A DNA stretch of 64,000 nt from the human T2T-CHM13v2.0 reference genome, Homo sapiens. Position 1 is the first letter of the stretch, and every line of letters starts with the position of its first letter. The notes under the pieces are model-generated. The model had not been told where the DNA came from and did no database searches. It saw only the letters and a list, made by a program, of their open reading frames with translations. A program made the translations under genes and the position numbers. Of this stretch, positions 1 to 19,444 are shown one piece after another. The stretch lies in NCBI RefSeq assembly GCF_009914755.1, contig NC_060947.1; one strand, given 5' to 3'.

Positions 1-949
1 TTAAGCTAGGAATAATTACTAAAAAGTCAAAGTTAAAAAATTGAAAAGTTTATAAAGTAAAAATGTTACAGTAAGCTAAGGTTAATTTATTATTAAAGAA
101 AGAAAAGTTTTAAAATAAATTTAATGTAGCCTAAGTGTACAGTGCTTATAAAGCCTGCAGTAGTACACAGTAATCTCCTAAACCTTCATATTTACTCACT
201 GCTCACTCACTGCCTCACCTAAAGCAACTTCCAGTCCTGTAAACTCCATTTATGGTAAGTACCCCATACAGATTGATAAGGTTTGAATTTGTGTCCCGAC
301 CCAGATCTCATGTTGAACTGTAATCCCCACTGTTGGAGGAGGAGCCTGGTGGAAGGTGATTGGATCATGGGGGCGAATGGCCCCTTGCTGTTCTCGTGAT
401 AGTGGGTGAATGCTCATGAGACCTGGTTGCTTAAAAGTATGTGGCACCTTCCCCTTTGCTCTCTTCCTCCTTCTCCAGCCATGTAAGACGTGCCTGCTTC
501 CCCTTGCTTTCTGCCATGATTGTTAAGTATCTTGAGACCTCTCCAGCCATGCTTCCTGTACAGCCTGTAGAACTGTGTCAATTAAACCTCTGTTCTTCAT
601 AAATTACCCAGTCTTGGGTAGTTCTTTATGGCAATGTGAGGATGGACTGATACAAAGGTGAACCATTTTCCATCTTTTATACTGTATTTTTACTGTACCT
701 TTTCTATGTTTAGCTATGTTTAGATACATAAACAGTTACCATTGTATTACAACTGCCTACAGTATTCAGCATAGTAACATGCTGTACGGGTTTGTAGCCT
801 AGAAGCAATAGGCTATATCATATAGTTTACATGTGTAGTAGGCTGTACCATCTAGGTTTGTGTAAGTCACTCTATGATGTTCACACAACAACAAAACTAC
901 CTAACACATTTCTCAGAATATATCCCTGTCCTTAAGTGAAATGTTACTG
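1..949 (+). mobile_element. Tigger3/Golem (TcMar-Tigger) DNA transposon, 3' part, interrupted by an MST LTR
   Basis: Resembles the recalled Tigger3 3' sequence (cactcactcact...gcaacttccagtcctg...tgtaccatctaggtttgtgtaagt...catttctcagaa) and ends in a degenerate terminal repeat (ttaagtgaaatgttactg). Confidence 0.8.
274..654 (+). mobile_element. MST-family (MSTA/B-like) MaLR solo LTR
   Basis: TG...CA ends; typical MST body (aatctcatgttgaactgtaatcccc-like start, attaaacctct, aaattacccagtc). Degenerate 5-bp TSD cagat/aaggt. Confidence 0.85.
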
Positions 950-994
950 TGTGTGTGTGTATATTTATAATCTTGGAGCACCTCTGAAATCAGT

Positions 995-1185
995 ACATGA
1001 AGATCTGTCTCTTTTCAATAGTTGCCTAGTATTCCATAGTAGGAATATGGAATAATTTTGTAAACTGTTCTTCTAGTGATGGACATTTAGATTGTTTCTA
1101 TTCTGTTGCTATTATAAACAAAACCTCAATAAACAACACTATACACACATTTTTTTCCCATTATGTGCAAGTGTATCTATTTATC
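995..1185 (-). mobile_element. Old L1 (L1M) 3' fragment
   Basis: tagtattccat...gatggacatttagattgtttc...gctattataaac resembles the antisense of an L1 ORF2 end. Confidence 0.55.
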
Positions 1186-1464
1186 CAGATTGAGTTTAAT
1201 TACTTTATATTTCCTCTTTCTTTCTGCAGTGTCAGTGCTAAGATCAGTGTAACTTTGGAAGCAAGGAAAAAAAAATAGAGCATCTGAACAAAATATGAAA
1301 TATACAATTAATCTTGATAAATCAAGCTTCGAAGGAAAATAGGAGAATGATCACAAGTGGTAAGTAAAATATTAAGTCACCTGGTTTCTCAGGTCCCAGA
1401 TTCTTCATCTAGAAACTGCTAGAAGGAGATAGGACCTCAGCTATTCTTCAGTGCATCCCCCCTC

Positions 1465-1585
1465 CACGTTTTTACATATGAGGACACTGAGATCCAGAGA
1501 TACTTGTAAATAGAAATGCTCAGTTAGATTGAAATCTAAGTATTCGAAGTTCCAGTTCTGTGCTCTTTTCAATACACTATCACAA
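1465..1585 (-). mobile_element. MIR fragment
   Basis: MIR core-like motif ttttacatatgaggacactgag. Confidence 0.5.
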
Positions 1586-1793
1586 TGTTCTTCTCAACCC
1601 TACTATTTTGAAACTAAGAAAAAATTGTTCTTTAAAGCCCAAACAGACTGCATCTACTTCTGCCTTCTAAAGTAGTAGCATAATTCAACAGTGAACTAAT
1701 CTCTGCTCCCTTTTAATAACAGAAACTTGGGAATGAGAGAGAAAGCAAAGATGGATATTTCAAAACCTCTGCCAGTAAAGTATTTGGCCCATT

Positions 1794-3010
<1,217 letters not shown>

Positions 3011-3519
3011 CTAAAAGACTTTGCATAATATTATGAGGGGAATGGGATTTTCCAGGGAACCCTGAGACAATGAACCCCAAAGGGGATAATCAAGAAGCTT
3101 TAGAAGATAAAGTGTGGCTCAATATCATGGAAGGGTAGCCTAAATATTTTATAGAGATAAAAATGTCTGATATTTAAGCTGTGTGGCCTTGTTGTGATAC
3201 AAACTCAAACTTTAAAGGAAGCCAGTTTCATACACAAATATCTTCTGTGTGTGAACATTTTTGGTTTATGGAAATGAAAAAAAAGAGAGCTGAGTTCTAC
3301 ATACAACTTAGGCCAGATCAGAGATTCAAGAACAACAATGAGAAGAGAGATAATAAGGGAGAGACCACGACCTGTGGGAATGAGATTTTAAAGCCAGAGG
3401 GGATCAGGTTAAAAGGAAGCCTTCCAGCAGAACCTGAGAGCACTTAGACACTGAAAATCACCATACAAAGTGAAAGGTTACTATTATTTAATGCCTTTCC
3501 CCTTCTAATGATTAGGGGG

Positions 3520-3910
3520 TGTATAAGGAATCATTTTGGAATGTTTTGGTTGCACATAATAGAAAACATAACTAACATTGCTTTAAATAAAAACTTTATC
3601 TAACAAGAAGACTGAGGGCAGAAGTTCTAGGATTATTTCTTCAACTCTACCAAGTCAGGGCACTGAGTCGGCATTGTGTGATTCTCCTGCCACTTTCTCC
3701 CTCAAGTTCAGCAGCCACAACTCTGTGCAAACTAGTCTTTAAAATACCTTAAAACTCATGGTCAGAAGATGGGGAAGGGAGAAAAGTGTTTTCCTTGTAT
3801 CAGAGGGAAGAAGCTTTCCTGGGAGTCCCCAGGAGGCTTTACCTCTCTTTGGCCAGATATGTCTCTCATTTCATCCCCAGCTGCAAGCTAGGGGGTGCTG
3901 AAAAGCAAGC
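3520..3910 (-). mobile_element. Ancient MLT1-type MaLR LTR fragment
   Basis: Old MLT1-like motifs atgttttggttgcacataatagaaaac and cccagctgcaag; degenerate. Confidence 0.45.
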
Positions 3911-5339
3911 ATGCTCATCCCTCACTTAATTACTTTATTTTTTTCTTGAAAGCTTTGCCTCTAAGTGGTAAGCTGTTGATTTTTTTGAATTCTATTACTT
4001 TTAAGGGAAACATTACACTGTGTTCTGTCCCAATCCAAGATATCCAAGTAATTTTCACAGATAAGAAAATATATTCAGTGAACAATGAAAACAAGTTTAT
4101 ATAATAAATTAAGAACCATTTGAAAGTAAGCATATACAGTTTGTACACAAAATGAAATGTAATGAGGAAAAGCAGACTTGATAGGGATGGTGGAGGAGGG
4201 GGTGAGGGATTCATTTTTTTGGAAGGTGAATTCTTTTGTCTACACCATTTGCTTCACCAGCTTTCAACTTTGGGGAGGCAGTTCATAATTATTTTGTACC
4301 CTAAATTTACTTAAAAGCTATAGCCTAGAAATCACCTTTAGGGCAAAATAAAAGCTAAATGTGAGAGTGTGTTGAAACGTGAAATTGCACGTGCACAAAG
4401 ACAAAGGAAATGTAGACAGCACATCTTTATCCCTCTCAATTGGCATCTGTATGCAAAGCAGAACATTGTAGGCTCATTCAAACATGATGCTCAATTCAAA
4501 TTTGTTCCATATGATATGCTCTGACAAGTAAATATATGTCAAGTAAAATTTGTGAGCATGATTTAGCCTGCAACTGAAATGATGCAATATCACGTCTTAT
4601 AGCATATTTGTTTGGTATGTTTGGGGAACAAAAAAAGTCAATATATTGAAAAAAAAGGAGTCATTGTTCAAAAAGTGTCACAAACTTTTAAGAGCCATTA
4701 TGACAAAAAGTCATTAACTAACAGTTGTTATGTACATTTAAATCTGTACCTGGAAGGGGGGAACAGAATCATCTCGACTGGTTTCTCATTAATCATAGCC
4801 ACCCTTTAAGCCTGGGAATATTGCCAACCCTAACCAAATTAGAGTCTCTTCTCACAGAGAGGGAAGGTGGCTGTTGGTTAGGTCACTAAGTGTGTCTGCC
4901 ACAAGATATCTGTTCCCTTCCAGATTGCTTGGAAAATGTGCATTATGCAAGAAGTTAACTGAGGCTTGGTAATAAGACTTATATATAATTTTAATCACAG
5001 AATAGAATTAACTTCTTATAAATACTATACTGGCAAGTAATTGATGGCCAGTTGCTGGTACAGAGTCCTCAGTATCCCACAGACGGGCAATAGCCGCCCT
5101 CCACACCACAGAGAATGGAACTTTTGGCACTTGCATTGAAATGTGAAGATCTATTTGCATCATTGTCCCTTTAGCTATCCAACTTGGCATACCCCATTCT
5201 GCTTGCCAGACTTGGTGAAGACTCCTGTGACAATTTCTCGGTGCCATTCTTCATGGCTATGAAGCATACCTCAAATCACTTTTCAGATGATCAAACTTGA
5301 AACTTTCCATTTTTTGGACTTGCTGGCTTTGAAATTGAG

Positions 5340-5520
5340 TTATTGATTCAATGACCCTTTACTGAGCATCTATTATAGGTTAGGCACTTTGCTCAGTCCT
5401 GAAGAAAATTTGAGACAAATCAGACACGACCCTTCCCTCAAAGAGCTTACAGTCTAACAGAGGTGATAAAATATGAATAACAATTCTAAAATGTAGAAAG
5501 TAGTATCTGTACCATAAAAG
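5340..5520 (-). mobile_element. L2 3' fragment
   Basis: attcaa..tttactgagcatcta..taggcact..ccctcaaagagcttacagtcta. Confidence 0.65.
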
Positions 5521-5589
5521 TGGGACAGATAAATGTTTCTGAAAAAAAATTAGGAATATTTATTTTTTAAAAAAGGAATATTTATTAAC

Positions 5590-6240
5590 ATCCTTAAAAT
5601 TTTCATGCCCCTTGATCTAGTAATTCAAATATATCTGACCTAGAAATTCTTGGACCCCTAAAAATTCCACACATAAATTTCGGCAAATTCCGTTAAAGAA
5701 TATGCAAAAGTGTGGTTATATGTTTTACTGCATTATTCTTGGGAGAATATCCCTAATTTTGTCTAATTCTTAAATAAAAACATTAATTCACTAAAATACT
5801 CCAACTTCTAGAAACCCATCTTAAATAAGTGATTAGACACGTAGACAAAGCTTTATTATTAAGGATGTTTATCACAGCATTATGTATAATAGTATAAAAC
5901 TGGAAACAACCCAAATATCAAACAACTGAAAATGAGTTAATTATAGTACATCTGCACAATGGAATTTATATTCCTGTTGAAACAAGACTTCAGAAAATTA
6001 ACGACATGAAAATGTGCTCATGATAAAATGTTAAGTATAAAAAAACTGTATCCATTGTATGCTCTCAATTATGTTAAAAATTATCTGAAAGGCTAAAGGG
6101 ATAACACAAGAAAATGTTAACAATGATTATCTCTGTGTATTGTGGGATTAAGAGTGATTTTTTTCTTTAATTTTTTCCATATTTCTCAACTTTTCTACAA
6201 TGAGCATGGATCACTTCACAAATGAGAAAAAAATTAAAAT
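5590..6240 (+). mobile_element. Old L1 (L1ME-like) 3' fragment
   Basis: aaggatgtttatcacagcatt..aaaactggaaacaacccaaat..acaatggaat, followed by an L1ME-type 3'UTR. Confidence 0.6.
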
Positions 6241-7329
6241 TATGTGAAAACTAGGCTAAAGTGTCATGGCAGTTCTGCAGTGAGATCCCTTTTATTTGGG
6301 AAATCAGAGAGGTCTCTTAGAGGAGGTGGCTTTTGAGCATATCTTCAAACCATGGCCACAGTCGACCTTCTGAGGGTCTAAGAGAGGGCAATCAAGGAGA
6401 GTGGTTGAAGATGTCAAGAGTTGTAGGACAGTGCTCCATGTAGAAGCTGGGATGTGGTGATGGCCTAATCACTTTTCCCAGAAGTCCTGGTACAGGGAGG
6501 GCCAGCCTACTTTCGGGCAAACAGCAGTTGTGGAGTGTAGGCTGACTCCTAGGGCTTCTTAAGACTCCTGAGATGTAGCCTCTGCTGTCCAGAGACCCTT
6601 TGCATTCTGTAATAGAGAGTTCAACATGGGGTTACACTGGATAAATTATGAAGGGTAGGAGTAATCAAAAGTTTGGCAGGTGGACTTTTTTGGAGGTATT
6701 AGCCAAAAATTCTGAGATTTAGGAAAGAATGGTTAGAAAGCAAAAATTTATATATCTCTTTGTGACTTGAATTGTTTTGAGGCCAGCTGTTGTAGTGTGA
6801 AACTGCACTTTTCAGTCCTTTACATATCTAGAGGAAAACGAAAGCTGGTAACAGACTGATTAATGCCATAAGATGTATGATTACACTGCATAATGTTTAT
6901 TTGTGCAACTTACTATTCTACGTTAGCTTTAACAAGACAATAACTTTTAAGGAACTGATTATGCATTTTGACCCATTCATTCATTTGGGGAATGGCACTT
7001 AAGAAATTAACTCAAAAAGGGAAAAAGTAGCAATTTGTATAAAGTAACTGTTTTTGTAACAGAGGAAAAAATATTAGAAGTCTACTCGCACAAGAACTCA
7101 AGGGTACTGAAATATATTAAATAAAAGGAATATAGTATTATGAAAATTATTAACTAATAGGTTTAAGAGTTATATGGACACAACCATAAATTCATGTTAG
7201 GAAAAAAAGCACAAAACTAGTATGTATAGATTAATTCCACTTTGTTAAAAGCATATCTGTACAATATTAGGTCACAGTCTTAAGAATAGTGGATGATATA
7301 AGGTTAAGAGGAGTTGGGAGGTCTGCACT

Positions 7330-7817
7330 GCTATGCTGGATGGTTTTATTTTGGCAACCAGTATTCATTCCCATTTCTTTATATGATCTCCTAACTACTG
7401 AGGGGCTAGAAGCCTAGAAGCTACATTTCCTAGAAGACCTTGCCATCAGGCTGCCAGGAAAGAGTCCACCAATGAGAAGCCCCCTTGCAAGATTTGGAAG
7501 ACAGAAGAGAGGCAGAATCCATTGTAATAGCAACAGGAAGGTATGTGGGCTTTGCCAGACAGGTTTTTCAGCAGCTTCAAGGCATTCTCTTGTAAATCAC
7601 TTATTTCAGTCCTGCAGGCAGCTGTGACCATTGATGGCAGCTTCCTATAATTCTTACAACTTTCTGATTTCTTAAAAGCTAGAGGAAGCTTTTTCTGACC
7701 TTAATTTCCCAAGCCCTTCCAAGGGCTTTGTAGGCATTTAATTTTCTGAATTAAAACCTTTTCTTCTTAAAATATTTAGATCGGTTTCTGGCTTCCTGAC
7801 CAAACCCTGATTGTTAT
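7330..7817 (+). mobile_element. LTR33-like ERVL LTR
   Basis: gctacatttcc motif near the start and a 3' end gtttctggcttcctgaccaaaccctgattg typical of LTR33. Confidence 0.55.
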
Positions 7818-8599
7818 AAGGTCTTTGTAATCCCTTTGTTTGTTTATTTTCCATTATAAAATTGACTAAACAGATGAAATATATTTTCAACCACTATCTT
7901 ATTATGTCTCTCTAGGTTAAAAATATTTCAAAAACATATATTATGTATTCCTATCTGGGTAAATTACACAATGCCTCTCTCACCCACATCACCATTGTTT
8001 TTGTAATCTCCGTATATAAGCTCCTTTTACCAAATCATCTACAGGAGTATATCAACAGATACTGTAAAAGTAAGAAAGCAAAAAGAAAATATTATCACTT
8101 CTAAGTATTTGTGTAGCTTGAAAATATTCATATAATGAGTGTGTGCATGCGTGTGTGTGTGTTAAAGGGAATTACATGGATCAGTTTACAAATTGATGTG
8201 AAAATTTTCTAATAAATGAATAAGTCAAGATTGGGACTATTCATTTATTTGACTAGACATAATCAACATTGCTTTGACAAAAAAGGTGCCCAGACTCTGC
8301 ACTAGCATGCATAGTTACCAAACAAACATAATATGTATATACATAATTTGTGTGTATATACATATATATCAAATATACATATGTGTGTGATTTTGTTCCT
8401 GTATAGATATGGAAATGTAATTGAAACAATACCCTCTGGCAATTTTAAACACTTCACATGTTCTCATTTGTTTCCTCCAAACCATTTCATTTTACCACAG
8501 GAAAAACATGAAACATGGAGTACAACCAAGCCTATAACACTGCCAGGGAGATGCAAGAGAGAGTCCTTGCATGGACTGCTATCTCAAATGGCAACAAGG

Positions 8600-9098
8600 G
8601 TGTGGTAGATTGTTTACAAAAATGGCCACAATAACTCCTGCCCTTCCTGCATGCATACACCTTTGTAATGTGACTTGGTAGCAACTCCCATAAAGATGTA
8701 GAATCGATTTCTCCACCTACTTGAAGCCACGCTAGACCATATGACTTGCTTTAACCAGTGAGGAATTAAAATACATGATGGAAGCAGAGGCTTGAGAAGT
8801 ACCTCTGCCCTGGGTTTGTCCTCTTTGATGTTCCTAGGAACCTTAAGAATACTATTGTGTGAATAAACTTGGGCCAACTACTAGTCAGCTCTGACAGCCA
8901 GCACCAACTACCACACATGTGAGTGAGGCCATCTTAGTGAGATCAGACTCTAGCCAATCTTTCTACCTGAGTCATAGGTGTAAGTCCAGGTGAGACCACC
9001 AGAAGAATCATCCAGCTGATCCCAGACCAAATTTCTGACCCGCAGAATCATAAGCTAATTAAGTGATTGTTGTTTTAACCTACCAAGCTTTGGAGTGT
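8600..9098 (+). mobile_element. MLT1 (F/G/H-like) MaLR LTR
   Basis: Starts tgtggtagattg..aaaatggccacaa; 3' part cagaatcataagc..ttgttgttttaa. Confidence 0.75.
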
Positions 9099-9116
9099 TA
9101 AAAATTAGGCCAGGTC

Positions 9117-9690
<574 letters not shown>

Positions 9691-10829
9691 TCCGGCCATG
9701 TATGAAGTTGTGAGCCTGGGCCAAAACTGAAGACCCCATTTCATGCCTTTTCCATAACAACTAAAATTAAAAAGACAAAAACAAAAAATTATGGTGAAGG
9801 TCGTCAATTGCCCTTCATGACCTCTCCCCTAAAGGAAGATAAACAAGAAAAGCAATGTTAAAGACTCCTTTTCTTTCCATGTTAATTAGAAAATTCTGAC
9901 AAACGAGTAGCTCATCACCCAATTACCATCAAAACTCGGGGAAGTGAAAATGATTTTGATTCACTGAGAAATTTAAGGAAATCAAAATGAACCAAAGTCT
10001 GCATTCTCTCTTCATCAAGACCATCATAGGCCTTGCCATAAATTCTTGAGGCTTGTCCCCACCCCCTATTTCTTCAAGTTCAGCTACCCTTAGGTCCATG
10101 ATAGCCCATGATCATGGAATAATTTTGTTTTGTTCACTACGCTCTGTTTCTCTGCCAGTGATAAGAAAATGAGAGACAAAATAGAAAGGAAATGTAGCCC
10201 ATGAAAATATTCTCTCCCCAAATAATAATCCTTCCCTCACCTATCACACAGCTTTCCTAATAGCTCATCTTGAGAATTACATAGCCAAATATTCAAAACA
10301 ATGTCACTTCTACAACCCAGTGGTCACTGTCTTGGAGGAAGCACAGAAGTCTTCCCATGTGATGAATTAGGCATCTTATGTCATTCAAAAAGGAAAGAAG
10401 GCCATATCAAGTGCTAGGTGAGACGAAGGAGGCATGGCTAACTTCAACCTGGGCCTGACTCTGCACCATTTCCACATGGTTATCAGTGCCAGATCCATAG
10501 TCAGGTTTGATGCTTACATTCCATTTTTTTTTCCTTTTCATACTATGCTCACCTTTCCCTGGTCTTCTAAAAGGCAAGAACCTAACATTTTATTTTGAAT
10601 TCTTTTTTTTTAAATTTTATTATTATTATACTTTAAGTTTTAGGGTACATGTGCACAACGTGCAGGTTTGTTACATATGTATACATGTGCCATGTTGGTG
10701 TGCTGCAACCATTAACTCGTCATTTAGCATTAGGTATATCTCCTAATGCTATCCCTCCCCCCTCCCCCAACCCCACAACAGTCCCCGGTGTGTGATGTTC
10801 CCCTTCCTGTGTCCACGTGTTCTCATTGT

Positions 10830-14669
<3,840 letters not shown>

Positions 14670-14717
14670 TTATTTTGCTCGTTAGTTGATGCAGTTTCTT
14701 CCTAGCCTTGATGGTCT

Positions 14718-15241
14718 TTACAATTTGGCATGTTTTTGCAGTGGCTGGTACCGGTTGTTCCTTTCCATGTTTAGTGCTTCCTTCGGGAGCTCTTTTAGGG
14801 CAGGCCTGGTGGTGGCAAAATCTCTCAGCATTTGCTTCTCTGTAAAGTATTTTATTTCTCCTTTACTTATGAAGCTTAGTTTGGCTGGATATGAGATTCT
14901 GGGTTGAAAATTCTTTTCTTTAAGAATGTTGAATATTGGTCCCCACTTTCTTCTGGCTTGTAGAGTTTCTGCTGAGAGATCAGCTGTTAGTCTGATGGTC
15001 TTCCCTTTGTGGGTAACCCGACCTTTCTCTCTGGCTGCCCTTAACATTTTTTCCTTCATTTCCACTTTGGTGAATCTGACAATTATGTGTCTTGGGGTTG
15101 CTCTTCTCAAGGAGTATCTTTGTGGCGTTCTCTGTATTTCCTGAATGTGAATGTTGGCCTGCCTTGCTAGATTGGGGAAGTTCTCCTGGATAATATCCTG
15201 CAGAGTGTTTTCCAACTTGGTTCCATTCTCCCTGTCACTTT
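14718..15241 (-). pseudogene. L1 ORF1p C-terminal fragment (5'-truncated)
   Basis: ENTLQDIIQENFPNLARQ...YPAKLSF...QKHAKL. Confidence 0.9.
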
Positions 15242-15699
15242 AATTCTGCAGAGTTGTTCAGTACTGGCCCAACTCCAAAGGTGAGAGCAAAGATTCCTAG
15301 AGGCTGAGAACTGGATCAGAGACATGTTTCAAAGTGGGCCAGTCATACATGCCCTCAAAGTAACTAGACTCACAATATATTTCTTCTCACCCCACCATGC
15401 CATCAAGTGGATTTTGAAATTCACCTAAACCCATATTTGTACTTGGAGATATAGGCTAAGGAATGAATGAAATGTAGGCAGGCATTGAGTGAATTTATTT
15501 TAAGACACTCACCTCATTAAGGATTCCCCTCACAAAAGAACTTTGCAATGTGTTCAATAGCCAGAAACAAGGTTGGTAATGAGCTTGGACAGTGATAGAA
15601 TGGGAACATGGAAATATATTACCTTGTGACATTGCTTATATTCTTGCCTGGAATTTTGACATAGTTCTTGTAGGCGTATTTAGTTCTTGGGATGCCTGT

Positions 15700-15920
15700 A
15701 CTTTATCCTCCTAAGGAAAACGTGAATTCCTTGAGGTTGGGGAACTCAGTTTTTTGCTTCTCTGAATCCTCCATATTTCTGAGCACAGTATAAGTTAGAT
15801 GGCAAGCTCTGTAAAGTCAACTAATATTGCTGTCTGATTCACTGCAATATCTCTAGTACCTAGTAGAGTATCTGGCACATAGTAGGGACTAAATAAATAT
15901 TGAATGAATGAATAAATGTG
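15700..15920 (+). mobile_element. L2 3' end fragments
   Basis: Canonical L2 terminus ctggcacatagtagg..aataaatattgaatgaatgaat. Confidence 0.7.
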
Positions 15921-17494
15921 TCTTCAGATACTTCATAACAGCTGTTGAATGAAAGAGTGAACTGATGCATACATGTATAAGAATGAATCAGTTCTTGAAA
16001 TCTGGTGCTGGCATCCTCAAAGAGCCTAGGGTTATGGATGTGATTACAATAGTTTACAGGAAGAAGGGCTGCTAAAAGCATACTTACGTTTGCATCTTTC
16101 ATTTATAGAAGGAGATGGTTTTTGCTGCCTTGATTTTTGCCACTTGCTGAGTCTTAGTCACCTGGTTATTAAAAATTGCTTCATATATTTTCCATTCATT
16201 TCTGTTTTGCTCAGCTTCTGTGCTTTAGAGGTTTGTTTCCCACTAATGGGACTTGTTGTCTCTTAGCTCAATGTGACACTACTCTGAAGACCTTGGATCA
16301 GTTTCCATGGTTACTTCTTCTGGGATTCTCCCTTTGGAAACCTTGTGTTCTTTCCTTACCTTTAACTTCCATCTGAGAAACTTAAATACACACTTCAGGG
16401 TCCTCCAGAGTGTTAACATTCTTCCTAGAAATGCTTCAAACCACAGAGGAGAGAAATCAAGGACTTCACATTCCTTTTCTTCTGTTATAGATGGAATGGG
16501 GTACATGATTTGATCCTGAAACCCCTTGAAGGACAAAGAAATCTAGATATTTCTTGCAAAAAATGAATAAATAAAAAGACTTCCCCATATTGCCAAAGCC
16601 ACAGTCTCCTTATTCCAAGTGATTTATATCACAAACATGGGCATTGCCATCAACATCAAAGACTTTTCTTTCTTCTTTCCTTTTTTATTTCTTTCTTCTC
16701 CTCCTCCTTTCTTCTTTTTCTTCTTAATGAATCCTCATGCTAAACTATTAACTGATGTGTCTTGCCTTGAAGTGCCTTAAATGTGTTAGTGACTGAGAAG
16801 AAAATCAGAAAAGAGTAAGGCTGGTAGAAACTGGGAGACAAAGGCAATTTTCTTTTGAGAAATTTCAAAAACTGAACAGATTTATGAATTAAATTTGACT
16901 TTCTAGTCTTCTACTCCTTCTCCTCCTGGGATTATTATTGAAGGTCTAAACAATGAGAAACTTCCAGGGAATCAAGTTCCGGACTCACGTTGGGTACACC
17001 CAGGATACACTTGTGGACCCCAGTGGACTTCAAATAAATGTCTAAGCTATGCAGTCAGTAGTAAAAAACACCCTGGGGGGACACCTCCCCTTTTTGGCTC
17101 CCTTCCACCTGTCTATCCAGTCTCATCTCTATGCCCTCATTTCCCCCATACAATCTCTTATTCTTTCTTCAAACAGCTCCTAGCGAATTCTCTTCCCAGC
17201 TTCCAATGGCCCAGCTAGTAAAATTAGAAGAAACCATGTCTAGTTCTTTCCAATGGGGCTCCATGTATTCAGCTGTTCTTCAGACCCCATGCTCCATGCA
17301 TCTATTCTCCAGAGGTATGCTTGGCTCTGGAAAGAGCATAAGGCAACCAGGCCTTTTCAATGGGCTTACTGCTTCTGCCTAAATGCAGGAAGTTTAACTG
17401 GATTCCCTTGTGGATATTCCTATCTTTACAGGTCTTTACACTGTGGTCAGGCCTGTCCTGGTAGCATGGGCCCATCCCTATGCCATTTGGGAGC

Positions 17495-17874
17495 TGATAT
17501 GGTTTGGCTCTGTGTTCCCACCCCAATCTCGTGTCCATTGTAATTACCAGTGTTGGGGGAGGGACCTGGTAGGAGATGACTGGATCATGGGAGTGGATTT
17601 CCCCCTTGCTGTTCTCATGATAGTGAGTGAGTTCTCACCAGGCCTGATTGTTTAAAAGTGTGTAGCACTTCCTCCTTCTCTTTCTCTCCTGCTCTGCCGT
17701 GGTAAAACATGCTTGCTTTCCCTTCACTTTCTGCCATGATTATAAGTTTTCTGAAGCTTCCCAGCTATGCTTCCTGTACAGCCTGAGGAACTGTGAGTCA
17801 ATTAAACCTCTTTCCTTCATAAATTACCCAGTCTCAGGTAGTTCTTTATAGCCGCGTGGGAACGGACTAATATA
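17495..17874 (+). mobile_element. MSTA-like MaLR solo LTR
   Basis: tgatatggtttggctctgtg...gactaatata; perfect 5-bp TSD ggagc at 17490-17494 and 17875-17879. Confidence 0.92.
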
Positions 17875-17934
17875 GGAGCCCTCAGGGAGGAAGCAGCAGT
17901 AATGGGGTTGGAATCTGGAAGCATTTTGGTAGGC

Positions 17935-18192
17935 ATTATGGGGTAGTTGCTAAAAGTGCAGGCTCTGAAGCCAGGCCACCTGCATTCACATTCTTGCTTC
18001 CCTGCTTACTAGCTGAGTAATCTTGGGCAAGTTGCTTAGCCTGTCTGTATCTTTGTCTTCTTATCTGTAAGGTGGAGACGATAATTATCGTACCTGGCTG
18101 TTCTGAGTATCAAATGAGTTAATCACATAAAGCACTTAGAATAGTGTATTGCACATGGTAAGAACCCAAAAAGTGTTGTCTACTATTATTAT
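17935..18192 (+). mobile_element. MIR
   Basis: ggctctg..cttactagctg..cttgggcaagtt..atctgtaa..gcacttagaatagtg. Confidence 0.8.
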
Positions 18193-18957
18193 CCACATCA
18201 AGGCTTCTTTCTTTTCTTAGTGAAGCAAGTACTGGTCAAAGTCCTGCTTCTGCCACTTTGGGGCTATGTACTCTTAGAGCAACCCATATATTATAGATTC
18301 CCTGCCATTCCCATCATGAACAGCCACAACTAAAGCTGGGCCTCAGTTTCCCCAAGATAGTTAGGAAGGTTAAATGGGTTAATGGGCATGTAAGTACCTG
18401 AAAATGAATAATAGTATGTTTTCCTTCTTGTTCTTTATGATCAAGAACAGATCTCTGGGTGATATTTGACATCTCTTTTCTCTCATATCTTTTTCTTTCC
18501 TTCACTCTTTGACTCCCTTTCTTCTTCTCTGACTTTCAACTCTTGTTCTTTTCCTACTTAATCTCTTATAACTATTTTGCCAAATTATGTCAAGCATGAG
18601 AAAAAACAAGGGCCCAAATAACCCTTTAAAAACATTGTTGAGTTTCCATCTCTCAGGTCCTCCTTTGGTGAGTGTAGAGTGGCTGAAAGGAGGAGCCCAG
18701 TAGGCCTTCTCTTTCTGGGCCCAGGTAGCCTAGGCCAGGGGCAGTGAGGACCCAGTGTAGGGATCCTATTTCCCCTCTGTTCATTAGCCACTCATTCTGC
18801 TCAGCCTGGCTTGCTAACTACTACCTCAGGGGCTTCCATGAGCCTCCTTATGGTCTGGAGCTATTACATCTATCATATTACAGCTTTCCTCCATCCTCGC
18901 CATGCATGGCTGCAACTGACATCAGCGTTTGAAAAGAATAGCCATTCTCTTCCCTCC

Positions 18958-19444
18958 TGTATCAGTTAGCTTATGGTGCATAACAAGTCACCCTAAAACT
19001 TAGTGGCTTGAAACAACAAGCTATTACTTAGCTTACAGAGTTGGCAATTTGAGGTAGGCTCAGCTGGGTGGGTCTACTGTTGCCTCAGTTGGAATTACTC
19101 ATGTACCTACAGTCAGCTGCCACCCAGAAACATGGTTCTGCTTCTGAGATTGACTGGCTATAAGCTAGGATAATGGGGGAAACTGCATCATATGTTTCTC
19201 ATCATCTATCAGGCTAGCCCAGGCTTCTGCATATGGAGTTGGTGGCAGGGGCTTTAGAAGTAATTGAAGGAAATCTCTAATATACATTTTTCAAGTCTCT
19301 GCTTCTGTCACAACTACTATTGTTCCTTTGGCCAGAGCAAATCACATGACCAAGCTCAGGGTCAGTATGAGAGGGGACTATCCAAAGGCTGGATACAGAG
19401 AGGTATGAAAAAATTGAGGGCTACTACTCTAACAATCTACCACA
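18958..19444 (-). mobile_element. MLT1 MaLR solo LTR
   Basis: tgtatcagttagct...aatctaccaca; perfect TSD cctcc at 18953-18957 and 19445-19449. Confidence 0.85.
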
